Below the pieces are notes generated by a model, which made no database searches, had not been told where the DNA came from, and was given only the letters and a program-made list of their open reading frames with translations. From positions 2,112,001-2,176,000 of the forward strand of contig CBDAOB010000005.1 of NCBI GenBank assembly GCA_965197905.1: a DNA stretch of 64,000 nucleotides, in the 5' to 3' direction. A program made the position numbers and the translations under genes. The stretch comes from Candidatus Latescibacterota bacterium (lineage in GTDB: Bacteria; Latescibacterota; UBA2968; UBA8231). Positions 18,303-27,376 of the stretch are shown in pieces (the first letter of the stretch is position 1; each line of letters opens with the position of its first letter).

Positions 18303-20000
18303 CTAACGGACTAGAAGGAACCGGCGTGACTGGTGGAATTCGCCGACCTCGAGTCGGTAGATGTAGATACCGGATGCAACCTCGAAACCGGACTCATCCC
18401 GACCATCCCAGACAACCCGGTGATAACCCGGCCGCAGCTCGCCGGATACCAAGGTTCTCATCTTCTGACCCAGGACGTTGAAGACCTCCAGTGTCACCGG
18501 TGCAGGCCCAACTGAGCCACTCGGCGCCGCGACGGCAAACGGGATGATCGTTTCCGGGTTGAACGGGTTCGGATAATTGTGCAGCAAGGCAGACCGAACG
18601 GGTAGCTGTTTTTGCCGGGCCACAATGTACTGATACACTCGGCCGTCGACGGAGAGGATCTCCAAGTCCATGAGTTCCGGCGACAGATCCGCTGGCATAT
18701 CGAGGTAGGCAAGCACCCCATCGCCATCGACTGACACACCGTCGCTCTCCGCAACCAGCACGTGGGTACCGGATTCCTGATTCCAGTGGCGGAACTGGGT
18801 GCTGCGGTTCTCCCAGACGGTTCCAGATCGGTTTGCCACCGGTTCGGCCCCTGGGGGTAAGCGCAACGCGTAACCGATGATCGGTCCGACCTCGGCCACA
18901 CGCAACGCCTGGTTCTCGCTATCCAGATAAGCCCAGCCGCGAGGCCGGCTCTTCTTCTGTACCGCATTGGGCAGCAACACACCGATGCGGCCAAAGTTCT
19001 GGGCGAAGAGGAAGAAGTCGTCGTTGTTCACCTGATTATCTCTGTTGAAATCCGCCCCTTTCGCTTGCGACCAGACTGCTTGATCGGCGGAACTCGTCCC
19101 GAAATAGCGGACCCAGAAACCGAAATCCGCCATGTTGATCAGATTGTCGTCGGTTGCGTCCCCCGCGAGCAATGAGCTGGAGGAATCGGAGGAGACCGGA
19201 GAGGTCCAGTTAAAGGTCAGGTGCTTGCGCAACGAGTCGCCCACGGCGACGGAGTCTGTGGGCACCCTGCCCTGCAGATGGCTCGGTGGTTTGAGGAAAA
19301 CGCGGTAGGTATCCTTCGGAATCTGCACCAGCTCGAAGCGGCCGTTGTCATCAAGGGTGTACTGAATCCCCGCCTTCGTTCGATCCTCGTCGTTGAGGGG
19401 TGATTCCAGCGGCTTACCGTCGCGACGCACGAAATAGAGGCTCACCTGTTCGCCTAGATTGGGAGCCGTTCGGCCTTCAAGCGCCACTTGCCCGGTAACC
19501 TGGAAGTCGCTGATGGAGACCTGGGTCGGCCGCGACGGGATAAAGGGGAGTAGAAAGTTCCCGGTCAGCGCCTCGACGACCGCACTCTGCCGATTGAGGA
19601 CCGGGTCGTCGTCGATGCTGATGCTTGCCACCGTGTCTTTGGTGGTCCTGAACCATATCTCACCCAGCGGTATCGGATCGACGCCAGGAGGAATATTCAA
19701 GCTGGCGACGGAAAAGTTAATCTTGTTCCTGGCGCCGGGTTGCAATCGATTCTCCAGGAGGCTGAAGTTCCCGAGGCTGGCTGAATCGGGGCGAAACGGT
19801 ACGATTCCGGTAGTGGTGGAATCGGCTTGGACCAGATTCAAAGCGCTATCTTCGAAGGTGGCATAGAAGGAAAGACCGGCTATTCGGTGTTCCGCCGGCG
19901 TGATAAACGCCTTCACCCTGAGGGTATCGCCGATGCTGAGGCGCGGCTCGTTCACCAGCTGCAGCTCGAAAAACGGCGACGGCAGGGACGCAGCCGACAC
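18303..20000 (-). CDS. C-terminal part of a split secreted protein: cohesin-like, dockerin-like and T9SS/FlgD CTD
   Basis: GDATDDNLINMADF and ADFNRDNQVNNDDF; NYPNPFNPET; no signal peptide; joins 20042..23326 if a 53-bp insertion is removed. Confidence 0.8.
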   Translation of the reverse strand: MSAASLPSPFFELQLVNEPRLSIGDTLRVKAFITPAEHRIAGLSFYATFEDSALNLVQADSTTTGIVPFRPDSASLGNFSLLENRLQPGARNKINFSVASLNIPPGVDPIPLGEIWFRTTKDTVASISIDDDPVLNRQSAVVEALTGNFLLPFIPSRPTQVSISDFQVTGQVALEGRTAPNLGEQVSLYFVRRDGKPLESPLNDEDRTKAGIQYTLDDNGRFELVQIPKDTYRVFLKPPSHLQGRVPTDSVAVGDSLRKHLTFNWTSPVSSDSSSSLLAGDATDDNLINMADFGFWVRYFGTSSADQAVWSQAKGADFNRDNQVNNDDFFLFAQNFGRIGVLLPNAVQKKSRPRGWAYLDSENQALRVAEVGPIIGYALRLPPGAEPVANRSGTVWENRSTQFRHWNQESGTHVLVAESDGVSVDGDGVLAYLDMPADLSPELMDLEILSVDGRVYQYIVARQKQLPVRSALLHNYPNPFNPETIIPFAVAAPSGSVGPAPVTLEVFNVLGQKMRTLVSGELRPGYHRVVWDGRDESGFEVASGIYIYRLEVGEFHQSRRFLLVR

Positions 20001-20041
20001 CGTGTCTGACGGGGACGACCCAGTCAGCGCATTCCTCGCTT

Positions 20042-23000
20042 TTACGTTGTAAGGGTGGCCACGTCGATAAACCGCCGGTTCCCGGCTGTCACGCTGCCGT
20101 TGTAGTAGAAGGTATCTCCCAGGGTGGCCACGTCGATAAACCGCCGGTTCCCGGCTGTCACGCTGCCGATCTCAACGAAGGGTCCGGTGCCCGATTTCGA
20201 CCTGAAAACCGCGTATTCGGTGGTCCGGCCGATCTGTTCGTCAAGGTCGGGAGCCTGCCACATCACCTCAACCCGGCGGCCGAGATCGCGCTCCAGATCC
20301 TGCGCCACCACCGCCTCCGGCGGCCTGGGTGGATCCTGCCTGCGGTTGTCCGAATTCAGGAAGACCTGCAGCTGACTTTCGGCAGCGCTCAAAACGAGAA
20401 TATCGTTTGTACCGACGGTGTCGGAAGCGGCATCGATATTGACGATCTCAACCGCCCGCGAGGAAACCTCGGTGATCTGAATCTCCTTGGCGAAGAAGTC
20501 GCCCCTGCCGTCGTTTTCCAGGAAAGTGAGATTGGGGGCGCTGGCGCCTGCAACGACCAGATCGCTGAAGATGTCGGCGCTCAAATCTGACAGCGCCAGT
20601 CCGAGAGGCCGCATGCCCACTCCGATGCTGCGAACTCGCGTGAATGAACCTTCTCCGTCGTTGGCCAGAATGGCGATGTCCATCGACCCCCTGTTGGCGA
20701 CAATGATGTCGTTGTCGCCATCGGCATCGTAGTCTACCAACCTCAGGGCCGCCGGTTGAGTACCAACCGCGAAGTCCCTTCGTGCCTGATATCCGCCGCT
20801 GCGATCGCTGAGCAGGACCGAAACCGTACCCGCACCACTGTTGGCCACAACCAGATCTCCGTGTCCATCCGAGTTGAGGTTTCCTGCACCCAAGGCGCTC
20901 GGGGTGGCTTCGACCACTCGGGTGCTGCGAGCGTTGAAGGTTCCGCGGCCGTTGTTGAACAACAGGGTCACCGAGGGGTTGTCGCCATCCGCGACCGCGA
21001 GATCGACGTCGCCGTCGGCATCCAGGTCCATGGCGTGCACATCGGCAACCGCGTGCCCGATGTAGATGTCCTCGCGGCTGATGTCGAACTGTCCGCTGCC
21101 GTTGTTGCGCAGAATCGAGATGGTGCGGGCGACTCGATCGGCGACGACCAGGTCCGGTGCGGTTCCCAGAATCGAAGCGCTGGCGATGGACACCGGCTCA
21201 TCCCATGGCTCGTAGAGCGAGATGCCGCTCGGATAGATAGCACGCTGTCCCTCTGGAAACGCCCCGCTGCCGTCCCCGAACAGGACTCGGATGCGTCCCG
21301 ATGCACTGTCCGCTACCGCCACATCCCCATTGCCGTCCAGATTCCAATCTCCCACAATCATGCTGACGGGCCCTGGTCCCAAGGGGATCGCTTCCTGGGG
21401 AATCAAGGTAAGTGCGCCACCAGAACCTCTGAGTCCTACCTCCATCCGCCCAAGGGGTCCGGGTGCATCACTCTGGATCGTCAACGTCCCGGACTGATCG
21501 CCTGTGGTCAGGGGCAAGAAGGTTACCGTCAATGTGAAAAGCTCGCCAGGATCGAGGGTAAGGGGTGTCACGAACGGAACGCGAAACGCATCCCCATCGA
21601 CCTCGATGCGGCTTATGATCATCTCCGTGTTGCCGCTGTTGGAGATTTCGAGAGGCAACCCCTTGCCAGATCCAACGTCCACGGTGCCAAAGTCAAGGGC
21701 CGACTGGAGCACGGTCAGATCGGGTGCCGTGCCCAGACCATGCACCTCAATCTCGAACCGCGGCTGCATCGCCGAGTCGGTCAGAAAAACCAATCGTGTT
21801 TCTATTCCGCCCGGTACAAACGGCATAAAACGGATGGGCACCGCAAGGCGCTCGCTGGGTTGCAACGTCTGCGGTTCGAACGAGACTACGCGGAACGAAG
21901 CTGCATGCTCGAAGAGGGCGTTCTCCAGCAGTACCGGCGCGCTGCCGGCGTTTCGGAGCTCGATGGTCAAGTCCTCGAACTCCCCTATTCGAACCGTACC
22001 GAAAACCAGCGAGGTGAGATCGGAGGCAAGCTCCGCATGGACGCCGGTCCCGCGCAGGGGAATGCGAACGACGGGTTCGTCCTGATCGTTCGAGCGAATC
22101 TCCAATGTGTCCCGCGCCACACCACCGGCCTGGGGTAAAAACTGTAACCGCACCGTGATCGAGTTGCTCTCGCTCAAGGTCAGCGGGAATTCTGGGCTGA
22201 TCACCGAAAAGCTGCTGTTGTTGCCAAGGGTCAAGCTGGAGATCTGCAGATCGGCATCCCCGGCATTGCTCACGGGGAGGGTTCGGATCCGAGTGTTACT
22301 TACAGGTGTTTCACCAAATACGACCGGTGAACGCGCCAGCTGGATCAGTGATTCAGGTTCGAAAGATATCTCCCATACTCCCGGCTCCGGACCTACGCCT
22401 ACAATCCTTCTCGGATTTGTCGGCAGCGCAATGACATCCCGCGCGGTGAGTTTGGGCAATCCGGCATTGATGACCTCCCAGCCCTGCGTTCCCTTTATCG
22501 TGCGGTAGAATCCGCCGGTTGAGGTGGCAACGAAGACGCGGCTCTCATCACTTGGATCCACGGCCATGCTGCGAACGGCGAGTATATCTAGTCCGTCGTT
22601 CATCGGCAGCCAGTTCATCCCCCCATCCTCACTGCGCAAAACGCCCTGGGTGAAGGTGCCAACCAGCATATGAAGAGGATCAACGGAAAGGTGTACCGCG
22701 CGTACGCTCAGTCCGCTGAGAGTAGCGCCGAGCGCTTCCCAGGTCTGGGCGCTGTTGCGGCTGACAAACAACCCCCTTGCCGTTCCGGCATAGAAGGTGT
22801 CCGTGGAAATCGCCTCGATCGCGAACACGGTGTCGTCCCGCTGCGAGTCGCCTCCAGCGGCAAAGGAGGCACCATGGTTCACACTCCGGAAGACCCCACG
22901 ACCGAACGTTCCGACGTAGACCACCGCGTCGGCAGCAGCGGTGATGGAAAAGACCGCGGCATCCAAGTTAGCGGCTCTTGCCCACGTCGACCCGCCATCA

Positions 23001-23326
23001 TTGCTGGCATATAGACCGTCGCTCACCCCGGCGTAGATCCGCAACGGATCTGCCGGATCGATTTCGATACTCAGCACGCTGCCGTCGATCTCGGTCCCTC
23101 CAACCTCCTGCCAGGATTCACCCCCGTCGGCGCTGCGGTAGATTCCGTCCGCCGCGCCGGCGAACAGCCTGTTCGGTTCGGCGGGATCGAACTCGACCAC
23201 GTTGACCGTGGTTTCCAGGTCCCCCAAGCGGGTCCAAATGTTGTTTCCCGCGGTGGCAGCACTGCTCGCCACAAATGACAGGGCACATACACCAAGAAGC
23301 TGTCGCGTAAGTTGTCTCATATTCAT
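20042..23326 (-). CDS. N-terminal part of the split secreted protein: BNR/VPS10-like propeller, 3 choice-of-anchor-D/ASH Ig domains, FG-GAP/VCBS repeats, FN3
   Basis: Signal peptide; SxDGGxxW repeats; FG...SNxG...L.I motifs; DLDADGDVDLAV repeats; ends in a duplicated peptide. Confidence 0.8.
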   Translation of the reverse strand: MNMRQLTRQLLGVCALSFVASSAATAGNNIWTRLGDLETTVNVVEFDPAEPNRLFAGAADGIYRSADGGESWQEVGGTEIDGSVLSIEIDPADPLRIYAGVSDGLYASNDGGSTWARAANLDAAVFSITAAADAVVYVGTFGRGVFRSVNHGASFAAGGDSQRDDTVFAIEAISTDTFYAGTARGLFVSRNSAQTWEALGATLSGLSVRAVHLSVDPLHMLVGTFTQGVLRSEDGGMNWLPMNDGLDILAVRSMAVDPSDESRVFVATSTGGFYRTIKGTQGWEVINAGLPKLTARDVIALPTNPRRIVGVGPEPGVWEISFEPESLIQLARSPVVFGETPVSNTRIRTLPVSNAGDADLQISSLTLGNNSSFSVISPEFPLTLSESNSITVRLQFLPQAGGVARDTLEIRSNDQDEPVVRIPLRGTGVHAELASDLTSLVFGTVRIGEFEDLTIELRNAGSAPVLLENALFEHAASFRVVSFEPQTLQPSERLAVPIRFMPFVPGGIETRLVFLTDSAMQPRFEIEVHGLGTAPDLTVLQSALDFGTVDVGSGKGLPLEISNSGNTEMIISRIEVDGDAFRVPFVTPLTLDPGELFTLTVTFLPLTTGDQSGTLTIQSDAPGPLGRMEVGLRGSGGALTLIPQEAIPLGPGPVSMIVGDWNLDGNGDVAVADSASGRIRVLFGDGSGAFPEGQRAIYPSGISLYEPWDEPVSIASASILGTAPDLVVADRVARTISILRNNGSGQFDISREDIYIGHAVADVHAMDLDADGDVDLAVADGDNPSVTLLFNNGRGTFNARSTRVVEATPSALGAGNLNSDGHGDLVVANSGAGTVSVLLSDRSGGYQARRDFAVGTQPAALRLVDYDADGDNDIIVANRGSMDIAILANDGEGSFTRVRSIGVGMRPLGLALSDLSADIFSDLVVAGASAPNLTFLENDGRGDFFAKEIQITEVSSRAVEIVNIDAASDTVGTNDILVLSAAESQLQVFLNSDNRRQDPPRPPEAVVAQDLERDLGRRVEVMWQAPDLDEQIGRTTEYAVFRSKSGTGPFVEIGSVTAGNRRFIDVATLGDTFYYNGSVTAGNRRFIDVATLTT
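20052..20168. repeat. 48-bp direct repeat (20052..20099 = 20121..20168) with a 7-bp CGTTGTA duplication
   Basis: Read directly; CGTTGTA at 20045..20051 and 20098..20104. Confidence 0.95.
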
Positions 23327-23341
23327 TTCACCATCTCGAAC

Positions 23342-26300
23342 TCAGCGTATCAGAAGCAGAGTTCGGGTCATCCGCTTGCCGTTGGCCCGCAACCTGTAGA
23401 AGTAGATTCCACTGGCGAGGCGATCGCCATTCGATGCTCTTCCATCCCACGCGGCGCTCCAGACACCGATGTCCTGGGGCTCGTCCACCAGGAGTCTCAC
23501 CCGCTGACCAAGTAGGTTGAATATCTCCAGTTTTACTTTTCCCGGTTCGGTGACGTTGTAGATAATCTTCATCGACGGACCAGTCGACGAGAACGGATTG
23601 GGGAAATGTTTCGGACCCGCGAGCATCGTTCTACTTTGCAAGCTAACCGTTCCCAGCCGAAAGAGTCCCAGTTTGTCGACCGCTACGGACAGTCGTCCGG
23701 TATCGGAATCGACGGTCGTGGGAAGCTCTTCCCAAACTCCAGCGGCTTCATCCCACCGCAGAACACCTAACAGCGCCTGGGGCGGAGCGAGGAAATTCAG
23801 ACTGACGGGGTGGTCGATCATCGGCTCCCCGTTGAGATCGACGAAATAGACCGGTCGGCCTTCGCTACCGGGTGGCACTTCACTTTCCGGCAAGCGATAT
23901 ACCAGGGCTAGATTTCCCGGCCCGGCCGCTGCATTCGGGACGTTCAACAATAGCTGTAGATCCGGGCTGTTTAAACGGCCGCCCGCCGCGTCCATCCAGC
24001 GCAGCGCGATGAGCTGTTGCAACGCGCCTTCGTTTCCGGCATTATCAATTCCGTGCAGATTCAACCCGACGACACGTTCGCCCGCTTGCGACGGGAACGA
24101 GTAGGTCCCGCGAAACTCTGTTTCGTCGGCCAGCTGTTCTACGGGAACAGCGGTGTCGTCCACCGTGAAGTCGGGGTTTTGCCTCAGGCTCTCGCTGGCC
24201 TTCACCGCAATTTCGAGAAAGTCCGAGAACACGGGATGTCGACCGATTTGCAGCGCGAACTGCGGGGGTGCAGAATCGCCTTGAATGACGATCTCCAGAT
24301 TCCCCATGGCACTGTTTCCCTGTGGATCCGTTGCGGTGATCGCGATTGATCGCGTTCCCGTGCTTCCCGCCGGTATCGACAGCCGTAAGAGAGAGCCATC
24401 GAGACGGGCGGCGACCCCCGATCCGGCGCTTACCTCCCAACTGATATCTGCGATCGGCGTATCTTCGTCGGTGACGAACAGATCCAGCAACAGAACTTCC
24501 TCTGCGACGCCGGCAGGAATCAGCAGCTGCGGAATCGGGCGCAGAATCGGCGCCATGCCACCCCTCAGGATGGCCACCTCCAACGGCGCCAGCGCCGCAT
24601 TGCCAAGCGGGTCTATTACGAGAAACTGAATCTGCTCCAAACCCGGTTCGCTTCCTTCGGCGTTCAAGGTGACGACATGGCTCGAGGAATCTATGGCGAC
24701 CGCCAGGCTGGTCTGGCCACTGAACGACCAGATCAAAAGTGAATCCGCGTCGTCGTCGACGACGAAGTCATCCAGATCCAACGAGTCGGAGGCACCCGCG
24801 GCGATCTCGATCCTGCTGAACGGACGGATCTGCGGAATCAGTCCCCGCCCTTTGACGATGACTCTCACGCTGGTGGTGCGGAAACGTCCGGTTCCGTCGG
24901 TAGCCGTGATCAATAATGTTTCACTCCCGGTAGAAGTAAGATCCGGCGCCGTCAGTCGAAGCCGGTTTGTATCGGGGCTCAGCGTCGCCTGCACCAGGCG
25001 TCCGGATTCAACCTGCCATTGGATGTTCCGCGCCTGTCCGTCGACGAATGCGTCCAACACCAGGCTGGTGTCCTGCCCGCCAGCAAAAAACTCGATGTCG
25101 GGGATCTCGATCAGGCCAAAAGTGGGCGGTAGGCCCACCTGCAGCACCACCGACGTCTCCTGGCCGGAGGTATCCACGACCTTGAGCAGTACCTGGGCAA
25201 CGGGAGATTGCATGTCGCCGGCAGGCACGCGCCGGATTATGAGTTGATGGCTGACCGGATCGATCTCAGCTTCTATCCCCTGGTCGCCTTGCACTTCCCA
25301 GAGCAGCTCGGAGGTGCGGTCCTCGTCGTCGGCGACGAAGTCGTCCAGGTCCAACTGGACCTCTGCTCGAAGGCTGTCCAGCACAACGGCTGGAATCTCG
25401 CGCACCAGCGGATTTGCACCTGGTGAAAGGATGAAGACGGGGATCATCGCACTGTCGCTCCGTTGACGATCGCTGACAGTGAGCGCTAACGCCCCCACCC
25501 TGTCTTCGGATCCGGAGCGAAGTGTTATGTTCCGCCTCGACTCATCGGAGACCACCTGCAGCCCCTCGGATCCGAATGAACTCCACTGGAGCACGTCGGG
25601 TTGTTGGTCCGGATCGGCGACCAGATCATCGAGCACCAAGGCTATCTCCGCATTGGTGGCCATTCGTATCGCCGGGGGCGCCATGATGCGCGGGCCCAGA
25701 TCGTCTTCGGGTCTGAGTACTTCGACTGCCAAAGAAGCGGTGCGTTGGTTCTGATCCGGATCGCGGACGGTCAACAAGACGGCGGCTGGACCGAAGAATC
25801 CAGGCGCATGGCTGACCTGTAGAACTCCGTTCTGCACGGCGGCCACAAGGCCGCTATCTCCCAGGGCGCTCCATATCAGACTGGAGTCGGGGCTGTCGTC
25901 CCTTACGAATTGTGCGAGAGACAGGCTGGCGCTCTGACCGCCGCGGAATCGCAGGGCAGGCAGCGCCGTGATCTCCGGTTCAACTGTTTCGCCCGGCGCC
26001 AGTACGACAACCACCTGGCGACCCACAGCCTGGGCACCGGAGCTGTCGCTAACCGTGTAGGACACAATTGCCCGGCCGGCGTTTTCCCCTCTGAGTACGA
26101 GTTCGTTGCCATCTCTCTCCGCCCGCACCCCATCGCCTGCCGTGAAATTGAACTGCAGATTGGAGAAATCGTCGTCTCTATCAGAAGCGAGCTGCGCCAA
26201 AGGCACGCGAACCTCCTCGCCCGCAGCGATCGGGTAGACGGGCGGCACCTTGCGGGTCTCGGGAGGATCGTTGACCGGAGTGACTATTACCGTGGTCGAA

Positions 26301-27376
26301 TCCACTGCAACCAGCTCGCGGGAATCCGTAACCGTAAACCGCACCTGCTCCCTACCGAAAAAGTCGGGACTTGCGGTGAAGGAGACCCCCCGGCTTTCGT
26401 TGATTACCACCTGAATATCGCTGCCGTCGCTGGTGTTCCAGCGCAAAGACTCGTCCGCGTCATCCAGGTCATCCACGAAGCCGTCCAAATCGAGATCGTG
26501 ATTGCTGGTATCTTCCGCGAAAACGACGGAGTCGGGGAAACCCGCGATCTTCGGCCGCGAAAAGACATCGATACTTACGGTGTCCGCGGCCATGATCCGG
26601 TCCCCTATCTCGGTCGCCGTGAAAATCATGCCTCTTCGACCGGTGAAACCGGCTCGTGGCGCCATGGTCACCAAGTTGGTCCCGCGTTCGATCACCGTCG
26701 GTATTTCGCTGAGGTTCGAGCTGATCCAGATTACCTCCGCCCCCGGCTGATCGACGAACGTGTCCAGATCGAAGACTTCCTTCGTTTCCCCCTCTATCAC
26801 CTGCACATCGGGCAGGGGCAGGATACGGAAACCGAAGACCTCGATCTCGGCGCTCCCAAGCGGTGTCGTGAAACGCTGCTCCGTTCCAGGCATCGCGGTG
26901 GAGACGTAATAGCTCAAGCGATCGTGACCTCTTTCTTCGATCGAGAGGTTGATTAGATCCCCTAGTGGTCGACGCACCACCTCCACCTGGAAACGAGCTA
27001 CGACACCTGCGGCGTTGGCGGATTGTCTTTGGTCGCCCGTTGCTCCCGATGCCTTAGTGAAACTGAGTATGGTTTCATCGCCAATGGTTTCCTTGCCGTT
27101 GACGAGAACGATACCTTCGACAAACGGAACGTCGGTGAACGGCTCGTCGGGATTCTCTGCCAACAAGCGGATATCAGCGGAAGGAAACGAAAGGAAGAAG
27201 CGGTACCCCGTTATCTCTTCGCCTTTGGTGTCAATCACCACCTCCATGTTGAGCTTCGACCCGATTTCGGTCTGGAACTGGCTGCCTCCGCCCTGTTGGC
27301 GCACCTCTATCGTAGCTGCGCGCAGGGATGCCGCGCTCAGGAGTAGCAGGAACGAAATATTTGCGATTCGTTTCAC
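23342..27376 (-). CDS. Secreted protein: cohesin-like domain, tandem cadherin/Ig-like repeats, T9SS/FlgD CTD
   Basis: GTG at 27376 (GTGA overlap) with signal peptide; repeated LDLDDFVxDxD...LxW units; HFPNPF...ASGIYFYRL. Confidence 0.85.
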   Translation of the reverse strand: MKRIANISFLLLLSAASLRAATIEVRQQGGGSQFQTEIGSKLNMEVVIDTKGEEITGYRFFLSFPSADIRLLAENPDEPFTDVPFVEGIVLVNGKETIGDETILSFTKASGATGDQRQSANAAGVVARFQVEVVRRPLGDLINLSIEERGHDRLSYYVSTAMPGTEQRFTTPLGSAEIEVFGFRILPLPDVQVIEGETKEVFDLDTFVDQPGAEVIWISSNLSEIPTVIERGTNLVTMAPRAGFTGRRGMIFTATEIGDRIMAADTVSIDVFSRPKIAGFPDSVVFAEDTSNHDLDLDGFVDDLDDADESLRWNTSDGSDIQVVINESRGVSFTASPDFFGREQVRFTVTDSRELVAVDSTTVIVTPVNDPPETRKVPPVYPIAAGEEVRVPLAQLASDRDDDFSNLQFNFTAGDGVRAERDGNELVLRGENAGRAIVSYTVSDSSGAQAVGRQVVVVLAPGETVEPEITALPALRFRGGQSASLSLAQFVRDDSPDSSLIWSALGDSGLVAAVQNGVLQVSHAPGFFGPAAVLLTVRDPDQNQRTASLAVEVLRPEDDLGPRIMAPPAIRMATNAEIALVLDDLVADPDQQPDVLQWSSFGSEGLQVVSDESRRNITLRSGSEDRVGALALTVSDRQRSDSAMIPVFILSPGANPLVREIPAVVLDSLRAEVQLDLDDFVADDEDRTSELLWEVQGDQGIEAEIDPVSHQLIIRRVPAGDMQSPVAQVLLKVVDTSGQETSVVLQVGLPPTFGLIEIPDIEFFAGGQDTSLVLDAFVDGQARNIQWQVESGRLVQATLSPDTNRLRLTAPDLTSTGSETLLITATDGTGRFRTTSVRVIVKGRGLIPQIRPFSRIEIAAGASDSLDLDDFVVDDDADSLLIWSFSGQTSLAVAIDSSSHVVTLNAEGSEPGLEQIQFLVIDPLGNAALAPLEVAILRGGMAPILRPIPQLLIPAGVAEEVLLLDLFVTDEDTPIADISWEVSAGSGVAARLDGSLLRLSIPAGSTGTRSIAITATDPQGNSAMGNLEIVIQGDSAPPQFALQIGRHPVFSDFLEIAVKASESLRQNPDFTVDDTAVPVEQLADETEFRGTYSFPSQAGERVVGLNLHGIDNAGNEGALQQLIALRWMDAAGGRLNSPDLQLLLNVPNAAAGPGNLALVYRLPESEVPPGSEGRPVYFVDLNGEPMIDHPVSLNFLAPPQALLGVLRWDEAAGVWEELPTTVDSDTGRLSVAVDKLGLFRLGTVSLQSRTMLAGPKHFPNPFSSTGPSMKIIYNVTEPGKVKLEIFNLLGQRVRLLVDEPQDIGVWSAAWDGRASNGDRLASGIYFYRLRANGKRMTRTLLLIR

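Noticed and set aside
20756..22138. Long antisense or alternate-frame ORFs (also 39816..40988, 52207..53202, 10642..11646 and others)
   Set aside because: Shadows of real genes in GC-rich DNA with no family motifs
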